64,000 nucleotides of DNA from Rhizophagus irregularis (Eukaryota): NCBI RefSeq assembly GCF_026210795.1, contig NC_089433.1, positions 806,001 to 870,000 on the forward strand, in the 5' to 3' direction. Position numbers and translations under genes: made by a program. This document shows positions 49,681 through 62,473 of this stretch, in pieces (the stretch's first letter is position 1; every line of letters begins with the position of its first letter). The notes under the pieces were generated by a model that was not told where the DNA came from, did no database searches, and saw nothing but the letters and a program-made list of their open reading frames with translations.

Positions 49681-52600
49681 TTAATAGTATGGTAAAATAC
49701 TAGATAATTTATCTTTTGCCTCTCTAATTCCATTTTTTGAAGCCTTTCTATACCAATAAATTGCTTTGTCAACATTATTAACAATACCTATACCATCATA
49801 ATAGCATTTCCCTACATAATACTGTGCTTTTGCAATTCCACCTTCAGCTGATTTCAAGTACCATTCAAATGCCTTCACATTATTTATGTTTGTCCCTGCA
49901 CCATTTGAATAACAACATCCCAATTTATACTGTGCAACTATATTTCCATTTTCAGCTGACTTTAAATACCATTCAAATGCTATTGTCTTGTCATTATATG
50001 TTCCTATACCATTTTCATGGCAAAATCCTAAATTACATTGGCCTAAAGCACACCCTGCATTTGCTGATTTCGTGTACCATTCAAATGCTTTTGCTTCATT
50101 TTTAGCAGTTCCCTTACCATACTGAAAATAATGACCTAAATTACATTGTGCTGTTGCATGTCCATTTTCTGATGATTTTAAATACCATTCAAATGCTTTT
50201 ATTTCATCCTCCAAAGTACCAATACCATAGTCATAACAATATCCTAATTTGAACTGTCCACTAGGATTTCCTGCAATAGCTGATTTCATATACCATTCAA
50301 ATGCCTTTATTTCATTAATCTCTGTTCCTATACCATTTTCATAGCAAAATCCTAAATTACAATACCCTGAAATACACCCTGCATTAACCGATTTAGTATA
50401 CCATTCAAATGCTTTTATCTCATCCTTAGCAATACCTATACCATAATTATAACAATATCCTAATTTGTATTGCCCATTAACATTTCCTGCAATAGCTGAT
50501 TTCATATACCATTTACATGCTTTTGTTTTGTTAATCTCTGTTCCTATACCATTTTCATAGCAAAATCCTAAATTATATTGTCCACTAGCACATCCTGCAT
50601 TTGCTGATTTCGTGTACCATTCAAATGCTTTTGCTTCATCTTTAGCAGTTCCTTTACCATATTGAAAATAATGACCTAAATTACTTTGTGCTGTTACATA
50701 TCCATTTTCTGCTGATTTTAAATACCATTCAAATGATTTTATTTCATCCTTAATAGAATCTATACCACATTCATAAAAATACCCTAATTTGAATTGTCCA
50801 ATAGCATTTCCTCCATTAGCTGATTTCATAAACCATTCAAATGCTTTTGTTTTGTTAATCTCTGTTCCTATACCATTTTCATAGCAAAATCCTAAATTAT
50901 ATTGCCCATTAGCACATCCTGTATTAGCTGAATTTGTATACCATTCAAATACTTTTGCTTTATTTTCAGCAGTTACATTGCCATACTGAAAATAATGACT
51001 TAAATCACTTTGTGCCATTGCACATCCATTTTCTGCTGATTTTAAATACCATTCAAATGCTTTTATTTCATCTTTAGTAGTACCTATACCAACGTCATAG
51101 CAATATCCTAGTTTATATTGGCCATCAGCAAATCCTTTATTAGCTGATTTTGTATACCATTCAAATGCTTTTGTTTTATCAATCTTTGTTCCTATACAAT
51201 TTTCATAGCAAAATCCTAAATTATATTGTCCTAAAGCACATTCTGCATTAGCTGATTTTGTGTACCACTCAAATGCTTTTATTTTATTTTCAGCAGTTCC
51301 TTTACCATACTTAAAATAATGGCCTAAATTATTTTGTGCTATTGCATGTCCATTTTCTGCTGATTTTAAATACCATTCAAATGCTTTTATTTCATTTTTT
51401 TCAGTTCCTATACCATGGTCATAAAAATATCCTAATTTATATTGAACATTAGTATTTCCCGCAATTGCTGATTTAACATACCATTTAAATGCTTCTGTTT
51501 TGTTAATTTCTGTTCCTATACCCTTTTCATGGTAAAATCCTAAATTATAGTATCCTAAAGCACACCCTGCATCAGATGATTTTTTATACCATTCAAATGC
51601 TTTTATTTCATCCTTAATAGTACCTATACCATGATCATAACAACATCCCAATTTATATTGACCAATAATGTATCCTGCATTAGCTGATTTTGTATACCAT
51701 TCAAATGCTCTTGTTTTGTTAATCTCTGTCCCTTTACCATTTTCATAGCAAAATCCTAAATTATATTGTCCATTAGCATACCCTGCAATAGCTGATTTCA
51801 TATACCATTCAAATGCTTTTATTTCATCCTTAGAAGTACCTATACCATGATCATAACAACGTCCTAATTTATATTGACCATCAATGTATCCTGCATTAGC
51901 TGATTTTGCATACCATTTAAATGCTTTTATTTTGTTAATCTCTGTCCCTTTACCATTTTCATAGCAAAGTCCTAAATTATATTGTCCACTAGCACATCCT
52001 GCATAAGCTGATTTTGTGTACCATTCGAATGCTTTTGCTTCATTTTTAGCAGTTCCTTTACCATATTGAAAACAATAACCTAAATTACTTTGTGCCATTG
52101 CATATCCATTTTCTGCTGATTTCAAATACCATTTAAATGCTTTTATTTCATTCTTAACAGTGCCTATGCTATAGTCATAAAAATATCCTAATTTGTATTG
52201 ACCATTAGCATATCCTGCATTAGCCGATTTTGTATACCATTCAAATGCTTTTGTTTTGTTAATTTCTGTTCCTATAACATTTTCATAACAATATCCTAAA
52301 TTATAGTATCCTAAAGAACACCCTGCATTAGCTGATTTTGTATACCATTCAAATGCTTTTGTTTCATTTTTAGTCGTCCCTTTACCATACTGAAAATAAT
52401 GACCTAAATTATTTTGTGCCATTGCATGTCCATTTTCTGCTGATTTTAAATACCATTCAAAAGCTTTTATCTCGTCCTTTTCAGTTCCTATACCATGGTC
52501 ATAACAATATCCTAATTTAAATTGACCATCAGTATATCCTGTATGAGCTGATCTTGTATACCATTCAAATGCTTTTATTTCATTTTTACTTATTCCTTTA

Positions 52601-53325
52601 CCATATTGATAACAATACCCCACATGAAATAATGCTATTAAATTATCTGCTATTGCAAGCTTCAAAAGCTTTTCGAATTCTTCCTTTTCTTTTTTATCAT
52701 TTGCAATTAGGTATTCGCTTTGTTCAGATTTTAAAAACCATTCAAATGCTTTTTCTTCATTTTTTTGTATTTCTACTCCATCCATATAATGAATTGCTAA
52801 ATTATATTGGGCGTCTAGATCACCATTTTTAGCTAATTTTACAAGTTTCATTAATCCATTCTGATTATTATTTCCCTTGCTTTGGTAATAATTAAAACCT
52901 TCTATATCTATAATAATATCTTTATAATAAAATAATGATAATAAATATTTTCCAATAATTATATTTTTATTTTTTAACAAATTAAAATTTTCATTTGAAA
53001 GATCATTTTCAATTTTTTCATTATCAATAACCAATAAATAAAAATCCAACGCTTTTTCTTTATCTAAATTACAACCAATACCATGTTGATAAAAAAATCC
53101 TATTAAACTTGTGAACCAAAATTTACTTTCTTTATGATTTTCCATCAAATTAAGAATATCTATATAGTCATTATAATTATTAATTTTAATTTCATTTTTT
53201 ATCCCAATAAAATTTTTTTCAAAATTATTAAAATCATTTGTTTCAATAATTTTATTATAAAAATTATTTAATAAATTTTTTAAGAAATTCTCATTATCAC
53301 CTTGCGAAATGTAGTTGTTATTCAT
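49681..53325 (-). CDS. Large single-exon Sel1-like repeat protein, 1214 aa
   Basis: Roughly 28 36-aa SLRs (LGxCYxxGxGTxxxExKAFEWYxKSAxxG) after an N-terminal LIGFFYQHGIG region. Confidence 0.95.
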   Translation of the reverse strand: MNNNYISQGDNENFLKNLLNNFYNKIIETNDFNNFEKNFIGIKNEIKINNYNDYIDILNLMENHKESKFWFTSLIGFFYQHGIGCNLDKEKALDFYLLVIDNEKIENDLSNENFNLLKNKNIIIGKYLLSLFYYKDIIIDIEGFNYYQSKGNNNQNGLMKLVKLAKNGDLDAQYNLAIHYMDGVEIQKNEEKAFEWFLKSEQSEYLIANDKKEKEEFEKLLKLAIADNLIALFHVGYCYQYGKGISKNEIKAFEWYTRSAHTGYTDGQFKLGYCYDHGIGTEKDEIKAFEWYLKSAENGHAMAQNNLGHYFQYGKGTTKNETKAFEWYTKSANAGCSLGYYNLGYCYENVIGTEINKTKAFEWYTKSANAGYANGQYKLGYFYDYSIGTVKNEIKAFKWYLKSAENGYAMAQSNLGYCFQYGKGTAKNEAKAFEWYTKSAYAGCASGQYNLGLCYENGKGTEINKIKAFKWYAKSANAGYIDGQYKLGRCYDHGIGTSKDEIKAFEWYMKSAIAGYANGQYNLGFCYENGKGTEINKTRAFEWYTKSANAGYIIGQYKLGCCYDHGIGTIKDEIKAFEWYKKSSDAGCALGYYNLGFYHEKGIGTEINKTEAFKWYVKSAIAGNTNVQYKLGYFYDHGIGTEKNEIKAFEWYLKSAENGHAIAQNNLGHYFKYGKGTAENKIKAFEWYTKSANAECALGQYNLGFCYENCIGTKIDKTKAFEWYTKSANKGFADGQYKLGYCYDVGIGTTKDEIKAFEWYLKSAENGCAMAQSDLSHYFQYGNVTAENKAKVFEWYTNSANTGCANGQYNLGFCYENGIGTEINKTKAFEWFMKSANGGNAIGQFKLGYFYECGIDSIKDEIKSFEWYLKSAENGYVTAQSNLGHYFQYGKGTAKDEAKAFEWYTKSANAGCASGQYNLGFCYENGIGTEINKTKACKWYMKSAIAGNVNGQYKLGYCYNYGIGIAKDEIKAFEWYTKSVNAGCISGYCNLGFCYENGIGTEINEIKAFEWYMKSAIAGNPSGQFKLGYCYDYGIGTLEDEIKAFEWYLKSSENGHATAQCNLGHYFQYGKGTAKNEAKAFEWYTKSANAGCALGQCNLGFCHENGIGTYNDKTIAFEWYLKSAENGNIVAQYKLGCCYSNGAGTNINNVKAFEWYLKSAEGGIAKAQYYVGKCYYDGIGIVNNVDKAIYWYRKASKNGIREAKDKLSSILPYY

Positions 53326-54990
53326 GGTTATTTTTTAATAATTAGTTTGTTGATATTGTTTATTGTTAAATATTTATATTTTTTTGTTTGGAGCGTTATA
53401 TACGTGCCGTTGGAATTCAAAAAAGGAAATTTCCAACAAATGAACTTAATTATTAATTATTGTTCCAAGTATAACAAAGGGGCTACTAAATGGACCAGAT
53501 TTAGCATTGTACAATGAAAACAAACGCACAATATTTACTTTTTTTTGCAGTCACTAAATAGAAAGATCAGCAATCCGACATTCCCAATAATTGCATCTGA
53601 AAAGTTCACAAGACCTCGGATGAAATCAAGCCGAATATCCGAGATATCATCATGAAGTCACGTGGACCACTATGCTAATGGGATGCAACAATATCAACTA
53701 CAATCATCAAAAAAGTATCAGATTAAATTATTAAAAATGCAAAAAGAGAGAGCTAAAAATTTTTGTGAAGATTGGCTTCAAGACCCTTGAAACTTTCAAT
53801 CAAATAAACAAATCTTCAGATGGTCTCGTTTAGAGCTCGATCAGTCCAGGTTACCTGGCCAATATTTTTTCGGGTTTGGTCAGTCAGTCGGGTTGGGTCG
53901 GGTATTCCTAGAAGCTTTAGTAAGTAAGGTAATAATGAGGCATAGGTAGTAAGGAGGAAACCTTAATAGGGAAATTGTTGCTTCCCTAATTGATTCCTTA
54001 GACTCATACGATTTACCGAACTGATATACCGGTTGATAATAAAAAAGCATTTTTAAAAACGTTTTTTAAGAAAAGTTAAATAATAACAAAAGTTTTTATA
54101 GTTTCAATAAAAAACAACCGGTTTGTCTTAATATTTAATAAAAAGATAATGGCTTTTCAAATTTAATAAAAAAGGCCGATTCTTCATTAAATAATAAAAA
54201 ATTGGGCTTTTGATTTTAATAGAGAATGGTTATTTTATTAATTAATAAGTTGATTAATAAAAAAAAAAGACCCAGTAATTTTTTATTAAAATGATAAAAA
54301 AAAGGAATTTTTCATTATTCAATTCATTTTTAATAAACAAGACCCTATTTCAGTTAGTAAAAATCCAGTTTTTTTAAACATGTACGAATTGGTAATTACT
54401 AATCGGGCATCGGGTTTCAGATCCTTATGTAAAATGTTGAAATGACATTTTTTGGCATTTTTTTATAAATTATAAATCAATTCTATCTTTCAAAAAAAGC
54501 GTACAAAATTTTTCAGTAACAACTAACAACTAGAGCAGTTCAGATACAGCAGTTAGTGAGCTTTAAAAAATAAATATATTGATAAATTTGTATTTATTTA
54601 TTATTTTTAAATAGCCTTAATTAATATGTATGAGAAAATGATATTTTAAAATCAAGTAATCTTCCAATTTTATCAAAAAAAAAATTTGGATTTGATCAAA
54701 GCAAAATGAAGTTCAAAAAATTCACATGATTGTATTATGTTGTCACGATATTGGAATTTGACATATGAAAGTGAACAATAACAAAATTAAAGACTTTGGA
54801 AGTAACCCCTAATTTAGTTTAGATTTTATTAAGATAGTTATTATAATTTTATTTTATTTTTTTTCTTTCTTTTAGATTTATTTTTTATTTTTTCAATTTT
54901 GTTTTATGTAAGGTGAGTTCATTGATTAAGATGTCTTGCAAGATATGTATGAAAAAAGACATGCACTGTACACAAATGATAGTACCACTA

Positions 54991-55536
54991 GGTTACGGTA
55001 CATTTCGCCGAAATCCATCTCACTGAAACCGCCGAAGCCATTTCACCGAAGAGATATTTTACCGAAGGGACGTTTCGCCGAAAGGACGTTTTGCTAAAGT
55101 ACATTTTATCGAATCCATTTCACCGAATCGCCAAATGGACATTTCGCCGAAAATGGTAGCAATTAACATTTTAATAAAAAACATTCATCGCGCAATGAAA
55201 ATAAAAATTAAATTATTTTTAGAGAATTTTTTTTCCAGGATATTATCACTTTAACATTTAAGTAACTGATGTTAAGTGCTAAGAAATATATATATATATA
55301 ACTTTATTTTCCTGAAAACATATATTCACGAATAAGTAAGTAAAAAAAGACTATTAATATTAATAAAAATCAGATAATTCAAAAATTTTTCTAGAGAACA
55401 TTTTTTTATGTATTTAGTATAAAAATTGTTTCTTCCATTTGGTTATTTTATTGTTTTTCGGCGAAATGTCCATTCGGCGAAATGTTCATTCGACAAAATG
55501 GCTTCGGCGAAATGGGGTTTTGGTGAATGGACGTCA
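54991..55536. mobile_element. MITE with TTTCGCCGAA subterminal repeats (same family as the 61129 copy)
   Basis: GGTTACGGTACATTTCGCCGAAA on the left and an inverted TTCGGCGAAATG cluster on the right. Confidence 0.75.
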
Positions 55537-55581
55537 AAACATTTTTCTACTTTTATTCTTATTTTATGTAGTACTTTTATG

Positions 55582-56312
<731 letters not shown>

Positions 56313-57671
56313 TTATAATATATAAAATATTTGGTCTAAATATTAACAATAAACTTTCATCTACACATATTAGTTATTTTTTATATATTACTTATAATGT
56401 ATCTGTTCACCTATATTTTAAAACAGAAGATGTGAATGGACGCGTTAAAACCGGGCCTAAGATTTATTATTAAAATTTTTTTATAAAAGATAGAAACAAA
56501 TCGTGCCTTTATCTTTTCTTTTCCGAATATAATATAATGAATATGTAATTGAGAAAAATCCATAAATCAAATTGTGATTGTGATATAATATATGTTTAAA
56601 ATCTTTTATAGTGAAACATTCGGTTCATGATACAAAGTAATAATAAATAATATAAAAAATTTTAAAATTTTTGAATATAATTTGTGACGCAGCAACTAAA
56701 ATGTCATGTGATCTATAGTACAAGTTATAAGAGCGAAATTGTTAAAGATATAAAATGTTCAATTAGGCAAATTATTTATAACATCTTAAATTTTTAGTAC
56801 GCTCATGACAAAATTGAGTTGCTTAATAACTTTTTTAATAATAAACTATTTATATTTAAGGTTACTTATAGTTATTACAGTATTTTAAAGATTCCGTTTC
56901 TAGCGATATAAGTTTCTATCGATTTGATAAAAAATAAACATCCCATATCAATTGTATAATTTTCATGGGCTTAATTGAAACACTATGACGTTTAAATTTC
57001 GTAAGCAAAGTTTAATAATCCTATGACTTTTATAAACCAATGTTTAATTATGATAATTTTTTTTTCATAGTTCAAAACATATAGAAAATCATTTTTAAAT
57101 TTGAATGTTAAAAACTTCATCAACGTGCTAGTCCTAAGAATGCTATTATGGAAAAACTTGCAAATCAAATTATCTTAATAAATTAATAAAGTGAACAAAT
57201 CGATTTAATCACCGTACAGTAAGCATAATAGCTTTTAGCTTATTCTATGTTTATGAAATTGATCATTAATAAAGAATTTGATAAAGGAAATGCATCATAT
57301 GAGTTTAATAAGTATACTCAAGCTTGCATTTCAGTACTTTGGGAAATGAAGAATCTAAAAATAAAGATATATTCATTGAATATGGTAATTCTTTAGTAAA
57401 TAGAGATCTAGATGTTTGTTTAGGGTTTCTATTATCACACAATCGACAAAAATAAGTCTAAAATGCTTTTAGCTGAAAGACAAGAAAGACAAAAAGTTAG
57501 AGAAAACCCGCAAGTGCTTCCTAAAAACAAATCATCTAAGCAATTGAAAGTCAAACCATTTTCAAGCGACTTATGTAATGTGTAATTACTATTTGTTGCT
57601 GACTTAGCCAAGTTCTTTTTAAAAAACTTGTTGTCACCTGATCACCACGTTGAGGTGCAGCAACATTGATC

Positions 57672-58259
57672 AGGGGGAAAAGGGAGGACGAAAGGGAAAG
57701 GGAAAACTAAAGGGAAGGGGAGAACGAAAGGGAAAGAAGGGAACGAAAGGGAAAGGGGATAACGAGAGGGAAAGGGGATAACGAGAGGGAAAGGGGATAA
57801 CGAAAGGGAAAGGGGAGTATGAAAGGGAAAGGGGATAACGAAGGGATAACGAAGGGGAAAGGGGATAACGAAGGGAAAGGGAAGATGAAGGGGAAAAAAG
57901 GGAACGAAAGGGAAAGGAAAGAACGAAGGGAAAAGGGGAACGAAAGGGAAAGGAGAGAACGAAGGGGAAAGGGGAGAACGAAAGGGAAAGGGAGGACGAA
58001 GGGGAAAGGGGATAACGAAAGGGAAAGGGAAGAACGAAGGGGAAAGGGGAAGACGAAGGGGAAAGGGGATAACGAAGGGAAAGGGAAAACGAAGGGGAAA
58101 GAAGGGAACGAAAGGGAAAGGAAAGAACGAAGGGAAAAGGAGAACGAAAGGGAAAGGAGAGAACGAAGGGAAAAGGGAAGACGAAGGGGAGAACGAAAGG
58201 GAAAGGGGATAACGAAGGGAGAACGAAAGGGAAAGGGGAGAACGAAGGGGGAAGGAAAT
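57672..58259. repeat. Purine-rich minisatellite, ~19-20-bp unit AACGAAAGGGAAAGGGGAG/T
   Basis: About 30 degenerate copies, almost purely A/G on the + strand. Confidence 0.92.
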
Positions 58260-59122
58260 ACACAACATAAACATTCTTACAGTTAATATGATCCATGCAC
58301 TTTAGGTTTCTTAAAACGATAAATAATATATTTGTTATTATTTATTCATACCATTCATACCATAATACTTACAATATTATCTGAAAAAAACAAACCTTCT
58401 GTTGGCAGCCGAAAAAATTTTGTAGAGTCACGCGGCTTGGGCAGTGTCCGGTCCGGAAGGAGCTCTGGTAGTAGAAGAGGGATCCGCAGGAGAACGAAAA
58501 GAAAGGAATCAAGCTGGAGTGTGAATAGAGGCTTCAAGAGAAGAGTTTTCCGGAGCGGTAAGTTCGTCGGTGTTTTGAGTATTCATTACTTCCTATATAA
58601 GTTCTACTGAGAAGGGAAAACAAGTGAATATTCTGAATATTCGATGATAACAATAATAAAACTGCAGAACCATAAGAAACAAAAGGCCCCAATGAGTCTT
58701 ATATATATATAAAAAATATGAGGCTTAGAAATGTATTAAATGTATTAATTTTTACTAACTGTGACTCAGATGCGGTGTTACAACTGTTACGCGATTCCAA
58801 TATCGCATAATCATTTCGATTTTAATATTGTTATTTTACTATTTACTGATTAGATGCAATTTGCAATCAAGTATCAATAAAGTTTATTAAAGATTATTAA
58901 TTGAATAGTTATATCATGCAAGTATACTGTATCATGAATCCGTTACTAATTCAGTATAACGGAACTCCGTTCATACTTTTTTTAAGCATCACATTTAATA
59001 ACTTTGCCTTTCTTTTACGCAAAATCCAATATATTATTTATATATAATATAACTGTATATATTAAAAAAAACAAACTTTTATTATTTGTTATCATTTCTC
59101 TATTTTTTTAAAAAAAAGAAAA

Positions 59123-59560
59123 ATGACTACTTATTTTGATAACCTTCAAAGAAACTATACTGGTGCATCTATTATGGAAGACTGTATTGAAACTATATCT
59201 ATTTTCTTGAAGTAACCGATGGACTTGTAATCTATTTAGAATGTATAGAATTTAATTCTAATAAACTTTTTAGACTTACTTGGTTAATGTCGTTTAAAGT
59301 GATATAAGGAAACATTGAGGTACATTTTTATCATTTTAATCGGGTTAATTGTTTTAATCTGGTTAATAGTTTTAACCATTTTAATCAGTTTAATGGGTTT
59401 AATAGAAATTCTCTTTATATAGAAAGTTAGGAAACATTATGGTGTTGTTCTATCAAAGATTCATATTCCCGAAAAGTTGGTTAACGAACAAGGTAAAAAA
59501 AAAAATGTCCCGCTACTGATCATAAATTTCATATAAATATAGAGGATTGGATTTACTTTA
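59123..59560 (+). pseudogene. Glycolipid transfer protein (GLTP/HET-C2-like) pseudogene
   Basis: MTTYFDNLQRNYTGASIMEDCIETI..FLEVTDGLV, then SDI.GNIE|intron|KVR and RGLDFT-like relics; frameshifted. Confidence 0.65.
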
Positions 59561-61128
59561 GTAACATTAAGTCGTTCCTTTTAATTTCTTTTACTGAGGT
59601 TTATAGTGTTATTTCATGGAATGCTCGTCTGACCTAGAGCTCCAAACTATGTACTTATCGTTATATATGATGTTCTTATATAGGGGGTAACTATGTGAGG
59701 GTACGACATTTTTCCACAATTATGTAAATTTGTTTTTGAGGGTTTTACAGAATAATGAAATTTTTTCATACCCTGAGATTATAAGATTAATCATGTTACA
59801 GTACGCCGATGTTCCTTTAAATTTTAAATTTTTTTTGCCTTATAAATATTTTGATTTTACGTTTGGTTTATTTTAGAAAACAATTTTTTTTTAGATAAAT
59901 AATTATTTAACACTTGATGATTAATCGCGTAGTGCGGGCCGTTCATGTAATTTTTATATCCCGTTACTATTCAACAATATCTCAATATCTGCATAAACAA
60001 ACTGAGATAATTGATAGTATATTTATTGTACTAATATAATAAGTGTATATATAGTACTACAATTTTTGCAGTTCTAGAATTACGGTAAAAAATAATGATG
60101 TCACTTATATGTATTAGGATCACGAGAATATACTAAATGCAGGGGTATCAACAAGCTAGTTCAATATAATAGCGTATAATGCTGCTACTTCAGACTCATC
60201 GTCTCAAGTTCAAATAATAGACGGTAGCCATATTATCTTTTGTTTACGCTATGTAGCTCAGGTTTATTTAAGTGGCAAGATATATTGCTAATGTGAATAA
60301 TTTTTTGGACTAATTAAATTATATCTTATTTATAGTCAGAACCAGTGTGTAATTTCTTGGTGGTAATATATTCAAGAGATGTTAATGGTGTTTCTAATTA
60401 GTTACGGATTATCTGTGAACTGTTAATATGTTAAGGTAGACGAGAAAAAAGCATTTCTTTACAAAAACCTATTTTATATTAATGTGATTTTTTTTTTCAG
60501 AAATTGTGGTGATATTGTTACCAGCTGTAACAGTAAATAAAAGTCGTATGACTGGCGTAATTATATCGTAAAATTATATGATTACCAATGGGATTCTTAC
60601 TCAATACTGCCTCACTTGGCACGTCGGTATTGTTCGTTAAGAGTCGTCAAGGTAAATAACTAGAAATACGGAAATATAACAGGTTACGACGGATATAAAA
60701 ATATTTTGATTTTTGACGTTAGACGGAATGAAATACAAAATAATCGCAAAAAAATTTATATCCGCTGAAACGGGCCAAAAGTTTTTGTCATAGATTACTG
60801 GATTACTTGCATCAATTAATTTTTATCATATTTTCATTAAAGTTTTCAATGTCTCAATTAGTAAGATTAAAAAGTGATTAGGGAGTTTAATTTACAATTT
60901 AACCCATAACACAAAAACAGATTTATTACAGTCATTTAATTGATTATTAATTACTAGAATTCATTACGATTTACGAAAAAAAAAAAATTAATAATAAAAA
61001 AACAAGATTTATTTTACATTTTCATGGTTTGAAACAAACATTTAATCAAAGTTTTATTTGAGTTTATGATAATGATTATCAAATAAAGTGAGGCTCGTAC
61101 AACAAATTTAAATTAGCATGTTAAGAAT

Positions 61129-61272
61129 GGTTACGGTACATTTCGCCGAAAGCCATTTCGCCGAAAGGACGTTTCGCCGAAAAATAGGGCCAACATTATG
61201 CAGAATTATAAATAACTCAGGCCAGAGATTATTTTTCGGCGAAATGGCTTTCAGCGAAATGTCCTGATACCG
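61129..61272. mobile_element. Short MITE of the TTTCGCCGAA family
   Basis: GGTTACGGTACATTTCGCCGAAA ... TTCAGCGAAATGTCCTGATACCG; GTTAAGAATG is repeated at 61120 and 61283. Confidence 0.75.
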
Positions 61273-61306
61273 CTAAGGAAGGGTTAAGAATGCAATCGAT
61301 CGGTTA

Positions 61307-61594
61307 GTTTCTGATCACTGTGATCAAATATAAATGATATACTGCAAATCAGTACTATGGTATCTTGATTTAAATTAACTTTTCTCCCTCTATTTTAAGG
61401 TAATTTAAACACATACAGTATGTATATTCAATTTTAAAAAAGAGAAGGAGTGCTTTAAACATACTGTATGTGTTTAAATTACCTTTGAAATTTCAAAAAT
61501 AGAGGGAGAAAAGTTAATTTAAATCAAGATACCATAGTACTGATTTGCAGTATATCATTTATATTTCCTAACAGGGATCACAGTGATCAGAAAC
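61307..61594. repeat. Long near-perfect inverted repeat (foldback), arms ~115 bp
   Basis: GTTTCTGATCACTGTGATC...ACACATACAGTATGT / ACATACTGTATGTGT...GATCACAGTGATCAGAAAC with a ~35-nt spacer. Confidence 0.92.
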
Positions 61595-62062
61595 ATGCCC
61601 TCTCTCAAAAATAAGTTTTTTCAGAGAAAGAACCAATCATAGGCTCAGAAGTAAAATCAACTAAATATTATTGCTAATCTTTTTTCGGAGTAAAAAGTAT
61701 CGCACACGTCTGGCGGAGTCCTCCTTTATATTTGTTTACAGTTCCTTTTTCCTTATAGAACTTCACGAGTTCTTCACGTTCCTTTGAATTATTGTTGAAA
61801 AAAAAAACCATTTTTAAAAAGAAAAAAGGGGTAAAACGTTATTAATTTATTTATTTTATTTCTAAAAGAGTAGTGAATCTAAGACTATTTACAAGGGGTA
61901 AAACGTTACAATTAATGCCAAGACTTTTTATTATGATCATTTATGTCACGTGACTTAATAATGAATTTCTGTATATATAGGCCAAAATTTTATTATAAGT
62001 TGAGAGTTAGAGTCGTATGGTAAAATATTAATTTACTTATAAAAGAATAGTATTTATTAATT

Positions 62063-62473
62063 ATGATGTTCGTACAAAATTTAGGATTATTGATAATTTT
62101 ATTATCTCTTATCAATACTTCCTATTCATATCCCCAACATAGAGTAGCGTTTAATCCACGAGGAGTTAATTCGGTTATAAATAGAATATGCATTCATTGG
62201 TACGATTATCATCAAAATGAGATATCGACTGAATGCGACATACCAGCTGAACTCTTTTCATCAAAGACATCTCCAGCAAATTGGTCAATAGGATATAAAC
62301 TCTCTATACATACAGTGGCTGGTACATTTCATAATGGCCCATATTTTTGGTGGGATGGCTGGGTAAATGGGATATATTGTAACGATATACATTTTCATTT
62401 ACGAGAAGGTGGTTTAGTTGTTGTAGAAACTTTAAATAAGTCTATAGTTTATGATAAATGTTCCTGGGAATAA
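62063..62473 (+). CDS. Small secreted protein, 136 aa, 4 Cys; candidate effector
   Basis: Hydrophobic N-terminus (LGLLIILLSLINTSYS|YP) resembles a signal peptide. Intact single-exon ORF with TATA-like TATATATA ~90 bp upstream. Confidence 0.7.
   Translation: MMFVQNLGLLIILLSLINTSYSYPQHRVAFNPRGVNSVINRICIHWYDYHQNEISTECDIPAELFSSKTSPANWSIGYKLSIHTVAGTFHNGPYFWWDGWVNGIYCNDIHFHLREGGLVVVETLNKSIVYDKCSWE

Noticed and set aside
57642..58296. 155-210-aa ORFs rich in F/P/S or K/G/E/R
   Set aside because: Translations of a minisatellite that lacks stop codons by composition.
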